Virus record (IMG/VR): IMGVR_UViG_3300028429_000330
Reading direction: 5' to 3' (one strand)
DNA from: a virus
DNA: 37,699 nucleotides
The notes under the pieces are model-generated. The model saw only the letters and a list, made by a program, of their open reading frames with translations. It was not told the origin of the DNA and searched no databases. Positions 20,868 to 29,536 of this stretch are shown here, one piece after another. Positions within the stretch are counted from its first letter, which is position 1; each line of letters opens with the position of its first letter. Both the position numbers and the translations under genes were made by a program.

Positions 20868-22196
20868 ATGTCCGCCACCTGGTACAACGCCGAGCGCGTC
20901 AAGCAGCCCGGCAGCACGGTGCTGGCCGCGGCGCTGCCCGCGCTGCGCGAGACCAACGCCGCGCGCCGCGCGCAACAGGCGCCGCAGGCGGCGCTCGAGC
21001 GCGGTGATGGGCCCATAACGCAGAAGGACCTGGCGCAGGCTCTGGGCGCCATGCTCGGCCCGGGCGGCCAGTCCGTCAGCGAGAAGACGGCCATGTCCAT
21101 CAGCGCCGTCTACGCCTGCGTGGCGTTGCTGGCCGGCGCCATTGCCACGCTGCCCATCAACATCTACCGCCGCAGCGGCGATGCACGCGAGCGCGTGCGC
21201 AATGACATCTGGTGGCTGCTCAATGAGCAGCCGCGCGACGAGATCTCCGCCGCCGTGGCCTGGGAGTACGCGGCCGCCAGCTACTTCCTGCACGGCGACA
21301 TGTTCGTGCAGATCATGCGGCCCAACTTCCGCAGTAGTGGCGTTGCGGGCCTGCTGCCCATCGACCCGCGCAAGGTGCGTGTCGACCAGCTCTACACCGG
21401 CGAGCTGGTGTATGAGATCGCCGACTTCGACGTGCTGGGCCCCCGCCGCGTCCTGCAGGCCGACATGATCCACGTGCCCGCGCTCGGCTTCGACGGCAAG
21501 CGCGGCATGAGCCCCGTGCGCTACGCCGGCACGCGGGCCATGCGCATTGCGCTGGCGGCCGAGGAGTTCAGCGAGGCCTTCTTCACCAACGGCGCGCGGC
21601 CCGACTTCGTCATCAAGACGCCCGGCAAGCTCACCACCGAACAGGCCGATGTGCTGCTGCACACGTGGAACCAGCGCTACATGGGCACCGCCAACCGCAT
21701 GAAGCCCGCGGTGCTCACGGGAGGCCTGGACATTGCTGAGCTGGCCATGAGCAATGAGGACGCCTCGCTCATTGCAACGCGTCAGTTCCAGGTCGAAGAC
21801 ATCTGCCGCATCTACGGCGTGCCGCCCTTCATGGTGGGCCACACCGACAAGACCACCAGCTGGGGTGCCGGGGTCGAGAACATGGGCCGCGGCTTCCTCA
21901 AGTTCACCCTGCAGCGGCACCTGGTGAAGATCGAGCAGGAGCTCAACCGCAAGCTGTGGCCCGTCCGTGACACCTACTTCTGCGAGTTCAACGTCACCGG
22001 CCTCGAGCGTGGTGACACCAAGACCCGCAACGACAGCTACCGCGTGGCGCTCGGCCGTGCCGGTGAGCCCGGCTGGATGACCATCAACGAAGTCCGCCGC
22101 AGCGAGAACCTGCCGCCGATCGACGGTGGCGACACCCTCAACATGGGAGCGCAGACCAATGCGCAAGAACCGAATCCTCCAGCTGCTGGCGGATAA
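20868..22196 (+). CDS. Portal protein (HK97 family)
   Basis: ATG 20868 (GGAG SD) inside ORF 20850..22196. Contains SAVYACVALLAGAIATLP and ICRIYGVPPFMVGH, typical of HK97-type portals. Position after terL. Confidence 0.9.
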   Translation: MSATWYNAERVKQPGSTVLAAALPALRETNAARRAQQAPQAALERGDGPITQKDLAQALGAMLGPGGQSVSEKTAMSISAVYACVALLAGAIATLPINIYRRSGDARERVRNDIWWLLNEQPRDEISAAVAWEYAAASYFLHGDMFVQIMRPNFRSSGVAGLLPIDPRKVRVDQLYTGELVYEIADFDVLGPRRVLQADMIHVPALGFDGKRGMSPVRYAGTRAMRIALAAEEFSEAFFTNGARPDFVIKTPGKLTTEQADVLLHTWNQRYMGTANRMKPAVLTGGLDIAELAMSNEDASLIATRQFQVEDICRIYGVPPFMVGHTDKTTSWGAGVENMGRGFLKFTLQRHLVKIEQELNRKLWPVRDTYFCEFNVTGLERGDTKTRNDSYRVALGRAGEPGWMTINEVRRSENLPPIDGGDTLNMGAQTNAQEPNPPAAGG

Positions 22197-22941
22197 CCGC
22201 CAGGCCACCGGCCGCCGCGTCGAGCTCGTGCGCGCCCAGGGCGCCGACGAAGCCACGCTGTACCTGTACGACGCCATCGTCAGCGAGGCGCTGATGGAAG
22301 AGTGGGGCTACGGCGTGGCCGCACAGAACCTCGTGCCGCAGATCCGCGAGCTCGACGTTGGCACCATCCACCTGCGCATCAACTCGCCGGGCGGTGACGT
22401 GTTTGCCGCCCAGGCCATTGCCCAGGCCCTCCGCGAGCACCGTGCGCACGTCGTGGCGCATGTTGACGGCGTGGCCGCCAGCGCGGCCAGCGTCATCATG
22501 GTCGCGGCTGACGAGGCCGTCATCGCCCCCGGCGGGTTCGTGATGATCCACAACGCGTGGACCTTCGCCATGGGCAACCGCAACGACCTGGTCGAGATCG
22601 CCGGAATGCTCGAGCAGGTCGACGACAGCATTGCCGCCCAGTACGCCGGCAAGGCCGGCGGCGAAAAGAAGAAGTGGGCCGACTTCATGGATGCGGAGAC
22701 CTGGTTCGCAGCCCAGGCAGCGGTCGACGAAGGCCTGGTCAACGCAATCGCCGATGGCGCCAAGGCCAACGCGGCCGCCTGGAATCTGAGGGCGTACAGC
22801 AAGCCGCCGGCTGACCAGTTGCAGGCGCGCCAGCAAGACCTGCAGCGCCAGGCGCAGCAGCAAGCGCAGGCTCAAGCCTCGCGCGATGCCCACGCCGCGG
22901 CCAGCCGTCGACTTCAACTCATCGAGCGCGCTGCCGCCTAG
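22159..22941 (+). CDS. Prohead protease (ClpP/S49-like) with C-terminal Gln/Ala-rich scaffold-like tail
   Basis: ATG 22159 (MRKNRIL) inside ORF 22126..22941. Contains HLRINSPGGDVFAAQAI and GVAASAASVIMVAADE (Ser nucleophile context). Position between portal and capsid. Confidence 0.85.
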   Translation: MRKNRILQLLADNRQATGRRVELVRAQGADEATLYLYDAIVSEALMEEWGYGVAAQNLVPQIRELDVGTIHLRINSPGGDVFAAQAIAQALREHRAHVVAHVDGVAASAASVIMVAADEAVIAPGGFVMIHNAWTFAMGNRNDLVEIAGMLEQVDDSIAAQYAGKAGGEKKKWADFMDAETWFAAQAAVDEGLVNAIADGAKANAAAWNLRAYSKPPADQLQARQQDLQRQAQQQAQAQASRDAHAAASRRLQLIERAAA

Positions 22942-22976
22942 CGCGCTTCACCCCGCTACTGCCTGCAGTAGGTGTT

Positions 22977-22999
22977 GCCCGCCGCGCGCGGGCTTTTTT
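22977..22999 (+). terminator. Terminator-like hairpin between the protease and capsid genes
   Basis: GCCCGC-cgcgc-GCGGGC followed by TTTTTT. The capsid SD AGGAGG lies 12 nt further on. Confidence 0.55.
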
Positions 23000-23019
23000 G
23001 TTTCCTTAGGAGGAACGAT

Positions 23020-24300
23020 ATGAGCTACTCCAAGAAGCTCCAGGAGCTTCGGGCCCAGCGCGCGCAGATCGCTGCCGACCTGCGCAAGCTGGTGGACGAC
23101 AACCCCGGCGACAAGTGGAACTCCGACTGCACGGCCAAGTACGACAACGGCCTCGCGCAGATCGACACCATCGACGCCGAGATCAAACGCATCGAGAAGG
23201 TCGTCAACATTGAAGGCGCCACCAGCAACGCGCTCGACCAGCGCGCCGGCCAGCGCGGCATCAGCGACCAGCGTGCCCAGGACGAGGCCAGCCAAGAAAT
23301 GCAGGCGTTCCTGGCTTACCTGCGTCACGGCATGGCCGAGATGCCGGACGATCTTCGCGCTGTCGCCCGCCAGCGCTTCATGGCGCCGCAGGGTGCCGGC
23401 GTGGGCACGGGCGCCGCGGGTGGCTTCACGGTGCCGCAGGAGTTCCTCGCGGTGCTCGAGACCGCCATGCGCGACCACGGTGGCATGGTCGACGTGGCCA
23501 CCATCATCAATACGGACAACGGCGCCGACATGCCGATGCCCACCAACAACGACACGTCCAACGCCGGCGTGATCCTCGCGGAGAACGCCCAGATGGCCAC
23601 TCTGGACGTGACGTTCGGCCAGGTCATCCTGCGCGCGTTCATGTACGCCTCAGGCCTGGTGCCGGTGAGCTTCCAGCTCCTGCAGGACACCGCGTTCGAC
23701 ATGGGCACCTGGCTGGCCCAGCAGCTCGGCATCCGCATCGCGCGGATCCAGAACACGCACTTCACGGTCGGCACGGGCACCACCGTGCAGCCGCAGGGCG
23801 CGTTCAACGCCGCCGTGGGCGCGACCATCGGCCACACGCTGCCGACCGGCAACACCACCGGCTTCACGTACACCGGCCTGGTGACGCTGCAGCACTCGGT
23901 CGACTCCGCCTACCGCCGCACCCCCAACTGCGTGTGGATGATGAGCGACACGGCGCTGCGCCAGGTGCGGCTGGTGCTCGACTCGCAGAACCGCCCGATC
24001 TTCGTGCCGGGCTACACCATCGGCAACGCCGCCGTGGGCGGCCAGCCCGACACCATCATGGGCTACCGCATCGTCGTCAACCAGGACGTGCCCGCGCCGG
24101 CCGCCAACGCGCGTTCCCTCGGCTTTGGCGACTTCTCGCGCTACTTCATCCGCCGGGTCGGCACGCCGATGGTTCTGCGCCTCAACGAGCGCTTTGCCGA
24201 CGCGCTGCAGATCGCCTTCATTGGCTTCCACCGGGCTGACGGCCGCATCGTGGACGCCGGCACCAACCCCTTCCGCCTGATCCAGAACTCTGCCACCTAA
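23020..24300 (+). CDS. Major capsid protein (HK97 family)
   Basis: ATG 23020 (AGGAGGAACGAT SD) inside ORF 22972..24300. Coiled N-terminal delta-like region followed by GAAGGFTVPQEFL ..., typical of HK97 MCPs. Confidence 0.9.
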   Translation: MSYSKKLQELRAQRAQIAADLRKLVDDNPGDKWNSDCTAKYDNGLAQIDTIDAEIKRIEKVVNIEGATSNALDQRAGQRGISDQRAQDEASQEMQAFLAYLRHGMAEMPDDLRAVARQRFMAPQGAGVGTGAAGGFTVPQEFLAVLETAMRDHGGMVDVATIINTDNGADMPMPTNNDTSNAGVILAENAQMATLDVTFGQVILRAFMYASGLVPVSFQLLQDTAFDMGTWLAQQLGIRIARIQNTHFTVGTGTTVQPQGAFNAAVGATIGHTLPTGNTTGFTYTGLVTLQHSVDSAYRRTPNCVWMMSDTALRQVRLVLDSQNRPIFVPGYTIGNAAVGGQPDTIMGYRIVVNQDVPAPAANARSLGFGDFSRYFIRRVGTPMVLRLNERFADALQIAFIGFHRADGRIVDAGTNPFRLIQNSAT

Positions 24301-24334
24301 GCGGCGGGCGCGTCAGCGCCCTCTGCTGCATCCG

Positions 24335-24379
24335 GTCGGCCCGGTGCGCGCGTGTGCGCCGGGCCGACTTTCTTTTCTT
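24335..24379 (+). terminator. Strong rho-independent terminator after the capsid gene
   Basis: Stem GTCGGCCCGG / CCGGGCCGAC, extendable to about 15 bp with two G-U pairs. 4-nt loop, followed by TTTCTTTTCTT. Confidence 0.8.
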
Positions 24380-24394
24380 CAGGAGAACCGCCTC

Positions 24395-24586
24395 ATGGCC
24401 AAGATCAAAGCCCGCGTGCTCGCCGACTGCGAGCACGGCAAACCCAACGACCTCGTCGAGCTCGAGGAGGTCGAAGTCAAGGCTGGCGAGAAAGCCGGCG
24501 TGCTGGACAGCGACAAGGCCGCCGTCGCCTACTCAGCCAAGCTGCCGCAGAACCAGCCCAAGCCGAAAGAAGACGCGGCCGAGTAG
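24395..24586 (+). CDS. Hypothetical 63-aa protein
   Basis: ATG 24395 (AGGAGAA SD) inside ORF 24344..24586. Begins MAKIKARVLADCEHGKPNDLVELEEVEVKAGEKAGVLD... Confidence 0.6.
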   Translation: MAKIKARVLADCEHGKPNDLVELEEVEVKAGEKAGVLDSDKAAVAYSAKLPQNQPKPKEDAAE

Positions 24587-24665
24587 CGCCTCACAGGCGC
24601 CCGGTGCCAGCCCCGCGCGCGGGACTGGCGCAGTTCGCCTGACCTGACCCCCACCGAGTCCGCCC

Positions 24666-25079
24666 ATGGCCTCACTTGCCAACGCCCAGCGCAACCGCGC
24701 TGCCGATGCCGTCACCGCCCGCTGCAACAGCGGCGTGCTGCGCATTTACAGCGGCACGCCGCCCGCCAACGCCGACGCCGCACTCAGCGGCAACACGCTG
24801 CTGGCCGAGCTGACGTTCGGCGCCACCGCATTCGGCGCTGCGGTCAACGGCGTGGCCACCGCCAACGCCATCGGGCAAGACGCCAGCAACGACAACACCG
24901 GCACGCCCAGCTTCTTCCGCGCCTTCGAGAGCGGCGGCAGCGTGGTGGTGTTTCAGGGCACAGCCAGTGGTACCGGTGGCGGCGGCGAGCTGCAGCTTGC
25001 CGGCCTCAGCGGCGGGCAGATCATCGCTGGCGGCACCTGCGGCATCAGCAGCCTCACCTACACGCAGGCGGCCTCCTAG
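24666..25079 (+). CDS. Hypothetical Gly/Ala-rich virion-module protein (137 aa)
   Basis: ORF track. GC3-rich frame. No motif recognised. Confidence 0.6.
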   Translation: MASLANAQRNRAADAVTARCNSGVLRIYSGTPPANADAALSGNTLLAELTFGATAFGAAVNGVATANAIGQDASNDNTGTPSFFRAFESGGSVVVFQGTASGTGGGGELQLAGLSGGQIIAGGTCGISSLTYTQAAS

Positions 25080-25081
25080 CC

Positions 25082-25549
25082 ATGGCCACCGACCAGAGCC
25101 TCGGCTACACCGAGGGCGCCGGCCGCAACTTTGCCACACTGCGCGATGCCGGCAGCGTCGACCATCAAAAGGCGCTGGTCGAGTTCCAGGGCGCCGACAC
25201 CGAGCCCGTCAAGGTCTCGGCCGCCAAGCCCATGCCCGTCGAGGCCTATGGCGAGCTGGTCGACGCCATTGAGGCCATGCGCATGGCCGTGCAGGCAATG
25301 ACCCGCACCATCGGCCTGATGCAGCCTGACACGGCGGCCCGCATGCGTGTGGCGCTCGACAGCATCACCGCCGGCCTCACGCTGGCCACCATCACCACCG
25401 TGAGCACCGTGACCACCTGCAGCACGGTCACCACGGTCGGCACGCTGACCAACCAGGCGCAGCTTGGTGGCATCGCCGCGCAGGACCAGGTGCCTGCGCT
25501 GATGCGCATGGCTGCAGACAACCTTCGCCGCAACATCTCGGTGACCTGA
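25082..25549 (+). CDS. Hypothetical virion-module protein (155 aa) with Thr/Val-rich segment
   Basis: ORF track. Contains TLATITTVSTVTTCSTVTTVGTLT. Tightly packed between neighbours. Confidence 0.6.
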   Translation: MATDQSLGYTEGAGRNFATLRDAGSVDHQKALVEFQGADTEPVKVSAAKPMPVEAYGELVDAIEAMRMAVQAMTRTIGLMQPDTAARMRVALDSITAGLTLATITTVSTVTTCSTVTTVGTLTNQAQLGGIAAQDQVPALMRMAADNLRRNISVT

Positions 25550-25550
25550 C

Positions 25551-26987
25551 ATGCCCACCACCAACGGTAACCGCAAGATCCTCGATCTGAAGCGCTGGGA
25601 GTTCTGCACGCCCGCGCCCGCGGCCAAGGTGGCCGGCGCGTTCTTCGCCAGCTCGCGCCACTACCGGCAGCAGCAGCTGTACGTCACCAGCAACACCGCC
25701 GCGTGGCTGTACAACCCCAACGAAGACGGCTGGGTTGCCGTGCCGTCGCCGGCGCTGGCCGGCACCTTTGGTGCGGGCGCCAGCGGCTGCGCCGCCGGCT
25801 TCAGCGTCGGCACCGCGGTCGGCGCAGCGTCGCTCACCGCCACGGGCGGCACCACCACCACCATCGTCACCAACCAGACCCTGGCGCGTGACATTCGTGG
25901 CTACAAGGTGCAGATCCTCGCCGGCCCCAACGCTGGCGCCACGCTCGACATCGTCTCCAACACTATCGGCGCCAACGCCACCATCACCATCACGCCGGCG
26001 CAGGGTGCGGCCTTCACGTCGTCCACCGTGTACCGGCTGCTCACGCCCACGTTCTACGTGGTGGGCGCGGGCACGCTGGCGTCGGGCAGCTTCCGCAAGT
26101 ACTGCTTCGCCACCAACAGCTGGACCACGCTGGCGCAGACCGGCTTGCCGGCCACCATCGGCACCGACGGCAAGCTGGTCTCCACGCCGAGCTGGATGGA
26201 CAATGCCTATCTGAACTTCGGCTCCGGCACGGCCACCAGTGGCGCGGCCAGCACGCTCACGCAAACCGGCAAGACCTGGGCCACCAACCAGTGGGCCAAC
26301 AGCCAGGTGCGCATCGTCACCGGCACCGGCGCAGGGCAGATCCGCACCATCGCCAGCAACACCGCCGCCACACTCACCGTCAGCGCCGCCTGGACCACCA
26401 ACCCGGACGCCACGTCGGTCTACGAGATCCAGGGCAACGACGACTTCCTGTACTACCTTGGCAACAACGCGGTCACGCTGTACCGCTACAGCATCAGCGC
26501 CAACACCTGGACCACGCTGTCGCCTGGCGTGGCGCGCGCCGGTGCGCCTGCCGCTGGCATGAGCGGGCACTGGGTGTGGGGCGCCACCGAGACCGACTGG
26601 ACCGCCGAGAGCGCCATCCAGAACGGCCGCTACATCTACAGCTTCCGCGGTGCCGGCGGCGTGGCACTCGACCGCTACGACATTGCCGCCAACACCTGGA
26701 CCGCCGTCACCTATGCGCCTGCGGTCGAGACCTTCACCACCGGCAGCAGCTACACGCTGATCGACGGTGACATCTACATCAACAAGGAAGCCACCGGCCG
26801 GTGGTTCCGCTTCAAGTGCGCCACGTCGGAGATGGACGGCTGGACCACCCAGCTGTACCCGCACGGCGCCGCGCTCGTCGGTGACACCAGCTTCGACGTC
26901 ACCTACTTCGACGGCGCCACCGAGATTCACTACGTCTACAGCATCCTCAACACCAGCAACATCATGCTGCGGCAGATGGTGATCTGA
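25551..26987 (+). CDS. Kelch-like beta-propeller repeat protein (478 aa) inside the head module
   Basis: ORF track. Recurrent blade signature (D/N)xW(T/V)x(L/V): DGWVAVPSP, NSWTTLAQTG, NTWTTLSPG, NTWTAVTYA, DGWTTQLYP. Each is preceded by Y-x-x-G-G or LYRY/LDRYD motifs, e.g. IYSFRGAGGVALDRYDIAANTWTAV. Confidence 0.6.
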   Translation: MPTTNGNRKILDLKRWEFCTPAPAAKVAGAFFASSRHYRQQQLYVTSNTAAWLYNPNEDGWVAVPSPALAGTFGAGASGCAAGFSVGTAVGAASLTATGGTTTTIVTNQTLARDIRGYKVQILAGPNAGATLDIVSNTIGANATITITPAQGAAFTSSTVYRLLTPTFYVVGAGTLASGSFRKYCFATNSWTTLAQTGLPATIGTDGKLVSTPSWMDNAYLNFGSGTATSGAASTLTQTGKTWATNQWANSQVRIVTGTGAGQIRTIASNTAATLTVSAAWTTNPDATSVYEIQGNDDFLYYLGNNAVTLYRYSISANTWTTLSPGVARAGAPAAGMSGHWVWGATETDWTAESAIQNGRYIYSFRGAGGVALDRYDIAANTWTAVTYAPAVETFTTGSSYTLIDGDIYINKEATGRWFRFKCATSEMDGWTTQLYPHGAALVGDTSFDVTYFDGATEIHYVYSILNTSNIMLRQMVI

Positions 26988-27157
26988 TGACCACGCGCGC
27001 AGAACTCATCGAGCTCGTCCGCTGCAAGATCGCCAACCTCAACGCGCTGCGCACCTCGGCGCAGGCCCTGGGTGACGTGCAGCGCGTGGCCGATCTCGAC
27101 ACCGAGATCACCGAGACCCAGATCACGCTCGACGAGCTGACCGCGCAGCAGGGGTAG
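26987..27157 (+). CDS. Hypothetical 56-aa helical micro-protein
   Basis: ATG 26987 overlaps the upstream stop (TGATG); TAG at 27155-27157. Sequence MTTRAELIELVRCKIANLNALRTSAQALGDVQRVADLDTEITETQITLDELTAQQG. Not in the ORF track. Confidence 0.5.
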   Translation: MTTRAELIELVRCKIANLNALRTSAQALGDVQRVADLDTEITETQITLDELTAQQG

Positions 27158-27161
27158 GCCG

Positions 27162-27635
27162 GTGTTCTTCACCGTCCTGCAAAGCCAGAACGTCAGCTCT
27201 GGCGTCGTCGGTGCCGGCGCCATCACGGTCGCCGGCCCCACGCTGGTGGCCGCCGGCGTGCATGCGCCGCCGCCGGTGCTGGGCAGTGGCGGCATCGTCA
27301 TCGGCGGGCCGGCCGCGGCGGGAAGCGGCACCCACGCCGCCCCTGGGCATGCCGGCACCGGTGCCGTGGCCATCGGTGGTCCGCTCGTCGCAGGGGCCGG
27401 GACCCACAGCGCGCCGTCCGGCGGCAGTGGTGCGGTGGCCATCGGTGGGCCGCTCATCAGCGCCAGCGGCCTGTGCCAGGCGCCGCAGGTCGCCGGCGCG
27501 CTCGGCGACCCGCGGGACGTGGATTCCGCCCGCCCCGAGCTGAGCAGCAGCCCGCGCCCGGCCGGCCGGTCCGGCAGCCGCGTCACCAGCAACAGCAGCA
27601 CGCGCCCCGTGCTCACCGGCGGCCGCCGCCGCTAG
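27162..27635 (+). CDS. Tandem-repeat Gly/Ala/Pro protein (157 aa) with Arg-rich C-terminus
   Basis: ORF track (GTG 27162). GC3-rich in this frame. Four repeats of about 23-26 aa with consensus GAVAIGGPLVAGxGTHxAP. The longer antisense ORFs here are judged spurious. Confidence 0.55.
   Translation: MFFTVLQSQNVSSGVVGAGAITVAGPTLVAAGVHAPPPVLGSGGIVIGGPAAAGSGTHAAPGHAGTGAVAIGGPLVAGAGTHSAPSGGSGAVAIGGPLISASGLCQAPQVAGALGDPRDVDSARPELSSSPRPAGRSGSRVTSNSSTRPVLTGGRRR
27210..27485 (+). repeat. Four in-frame tandem repeats (about 69-78 bp each) within 27162..27635
   Basis: Peptide units are GAGAITVAGPTLVAAGVHAPPPVLGS / GGIVIGGPAAAGSGTHAAPGHAGT / GAVAIGGPLVAGAGTHSAPSGGS / GAVAIGGPLISASGLCQAP. Confidence 0.7.
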
Positions 27636-27645
27636 GAGACCAGTC

Positions 27646-28227
27646 ATGCGCGTCCGCGTCATCACCGGCCCGTCGATCGAGGAGCCCGTCACGCTCGCCG
27701 AGGCCAAGCTCCACCTGCGCGTGGACACCACCGATGAGGACAGCCTCATCACCGGCCTCATCGTCGCCGCCCGCATGGCCGCCGAGCACGAGACTGGCCG
27801 CGCGCTCATCAACCAGACGCTGCGCCTCACGCTCGATGCGTTCCCGGCTGACGGCGCCATTGAACTGCTGCGCCCGCCGGTGGCCAGCATCACCCAGGTG
27901 CAGTACGTCGACACCGCCGGCGCCACGCAGACGCTGAGCAGCACCCTGTACAGCCTCGACAGCGCCAGCGCCTTCGCCACCCACTACCTGTTGCCCTCCT
28001 ACGGCAGCACCTGGCCCGCCACGCGCGACCAGGCCAACTCGGTCTGGGTTGACTACGTTGCCGGTTACGGCGCCGCGGCCACCGCGGTCCCGCAGCCCAT
28101 CAAGCAGTGGATCCTGCTGGCCATCGGCGACCTCTACGCCAACCGCGAGCGCAGCGCAGAGAAGCCCGCCGTGCCGCACGGCTTCGTCGCCGGGCTGTTG
28201 GACCCTTACCGCGTGTGGGGTGTGTAG
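27646..28227 (+). CDS. Head-tail connector protein (gp6-like / Phage_connect_1)
   Basis: ORF track 193 aa. Contains EPVTLAEAKLHLRVDTTDEDSLITGLIVAARMAAEHETGRALI, the classic N-terminal motif of this family. Confidence 0.8.
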   Translation: MRVRVITGPSIEEPVTLAEAKLHLRVDTTDEDSLITGLIVAARMAAEHETGRALINQTLRLTLDAFPADGAIELLRPPVASITQVQYVDTAGATQTLSSTLYSLDSASAFATHYLLPSYGSTWPATRDQANSVWVDYVAGYGAAATAVPQPIKQWILLAIGDLYANRERSAEKPAVPHGFVAGLLDPYRVWGV

Positions 28228-28580
28228 TGCTGGCCGCTGGTCGCCTCAACTCGCGCGTCACCTTCGAGCAGCCGGTCGAGACGCGCGACCCCGACTACGG
28301 CACCGCCGGCAAGAGCTGGGTCGCCGTGGCCACCGTCTGGGCTGCGGTCGAGCCGGGCGTTCTGCGCCCGCGCGAGAGCGAGATCAACCGCGAGGTGGTG
28401 GCCGTGCAGTACACGCGGGTGCGCTGCCGCTACAGCAGCGCGCTGGCCGTGCTCACGCCCAAGTGCCGCATCAATCTGGGCGGTGGCCGGCTGCTGCAGA
28501 TCGAGAGCCTGGCCAACACCCGCCAGGACAACGAAGAGCTCATCGCCATGTGCGTCGAGTTCAACGCCGCAGGGGCCTGA
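28227..28580 (+). CDS. Head closure / head-tail adaptor protein (SPP1 gp16-like)
   Basis: GTG 28227 overlaps the upstream TAG by 1 nt, in frame with ORF 28107..28580. Contains RLNSRVTFEQP....DYG....W..VATVWAAVEP, typical of the family. Confidence 0.7.
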   Translation: MLAAGRLNSRVTFEQPVETRDPDYGTAGKSWVAVATVWAAVEPGVLRPRESEINREVVAVQYTRVRCRYSSALAVLTPKCRINLGGGRLLQIESLANTRQDNEELIAMCVEFNAAGA

Positions 28581-28581
28581 C

Positions 28582-29127
28582 ATGGCGCTCGACATCAACA
28601 TCAGCGTCCAGAACCTGGAGCAGGTCACCGAGCGCATGTCGCTCCTCGAGCGGCGCCTGCAGGACAAGATCCTGCGCCAGGGCCTCAACGCCGCGGTGGG
28701 GGTGGTGCGCAAGGAAGTGCAGGCCAACGCCCCGGTGCAGACGGGTGCACTGAAGCGCGCCATTCGCAGCAGCACGCGCCGCTACACCGATGGGCGAATC
28801 GTCGGCAGCGTCACCATCGGCGGCATCAACAAGCGCACCGGCGAGAGGGTCTGGTACGCGCGCCTGGTCGAAGGCGGCGTCAAGCCGCACGAGATCCGGC
28901 CGAGCAAAGGCAAGCGCGCGCTGCGCATCAAGGTCGGCAGCTTTGCCCGCAGCGTCGGCGGCAAGGACGTGTTTTTCAAGAGTGCGCGGCACCCGGGCTT
29001 CAAGGGCCGCTTCTTCATCCGCCGCGCCTACCAGTCGAGCAAGGACCGCGCGGTGGGCGCGTTCGAGCGCTACGTCGCGGATCGTGTGCAGGCCCTCATC
29101 ACGGTGGGCCAGGACCCGGTGAGCTGA
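28582..29127 (+). CDS. HK97 gp10-family tail component
   Basis: ATG 28582 inside ORF 28483..29127. Contains LRQGLNAAVGVVRKEVQANAPVQTGALKRAI and WYARLVEGG. Gene order supports the call. Confidence 0.7.
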   Translation: MALDINISVQNLEQVTERMSLLERRLQDKILRQGLNAAVGVVRKEVQANAPVQTGALKRAIRSSTRRYTDGRIVGSVTIGGINKRTGERVWYARLVEGGVKPHEIRPSKGKRALRIKVGSFARSVGGKDVFFKSARHPGFKGRFFIRRAYQSSKDRAVGAFERYVADRVQALITVGQDPVS

Positions 29128-29128
29128 C

Positions 29129-29536
29129 ATGCGTGCCGAAAAGGTCATCACGTCCCTGCTGCAGAACGCCGCCGGCGTCACCAGCATCGTCGGCAGCGGC
29201 ACCGCGGCCCGCATCTACGGCAACGTGGCGCCGCAAGAGGCCACGCTGCCGCTCATCGTCTACAGCAAGCGCGATGCGGTTCGCGAGGCGGCCATCGACC
29301 TGACGGCCGCGCGCATCGTGCGCGCGCGCATCGACGTCATGGTCGTGGCCAAGACCTATGCCGAGGTCAAGGCCCTTGGCGAGCAGTGCCGGCTCGCCAT
29401 CGTCGGCGCCCGCGCCGACATCGCCGGCGTCACCGTCCTCGCGCGTGAGACCGAGGAAGAGGGCGCCGACGAGTACGAGCCCCAGCTCGACGAACACGCC
29501 CAGGTGTGGACGTTCCGCGTCTACCACATGGAGTGA
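29129..29536 (+). CDS. Tail completion / tail terminator-like protein (DUF3168-like)
   Basis: ORF track 135 aa. Contains VTSIVGSGTAARIYGNVAPQEATLPLIVY. Located just upstream of the major tail gene. Confidence 0.6.
   Translation: MRAEKVITSLLQNAAGVTSIVGSGTAARIYGNVAPQEATLPLIVYSKRDAVREAAIDLTAARIVRARIDVMVVAKTYAEVKALGEQCRLAIVGARADIAGVTVLARETEEEGADEYEPQLDEHAQVWTFRVYHME

Noticed and set aside
19166-21100. 644-aa ORF on the minus strand opposite the terminase large subunit. Similar long antisense ORFs occur at 20802..22277, 25428..26930, 15802..16983, 29099..30685, 17214..18245, 22138..22917 and 31136..31885.
   Set aside because: These are shadow ORFs typical of about 66% GC DNA. Their products are Arg/Ala/Gly/Pro-rich low-complexity strings with no motifs, and they lie opposite frames encoding clearly recognisable phage proteins with GC-rich third positions.
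27210-27485. Tandem repeats considered as a CRISPR array, a satellite, or a DGR template/variable-repeat pair
   Set aside because: The units are contiguous without spacers, in frame, and conserved at the peptide level. No cas genes, reverse transcriptase or second distant repeat copy is present in the genome.
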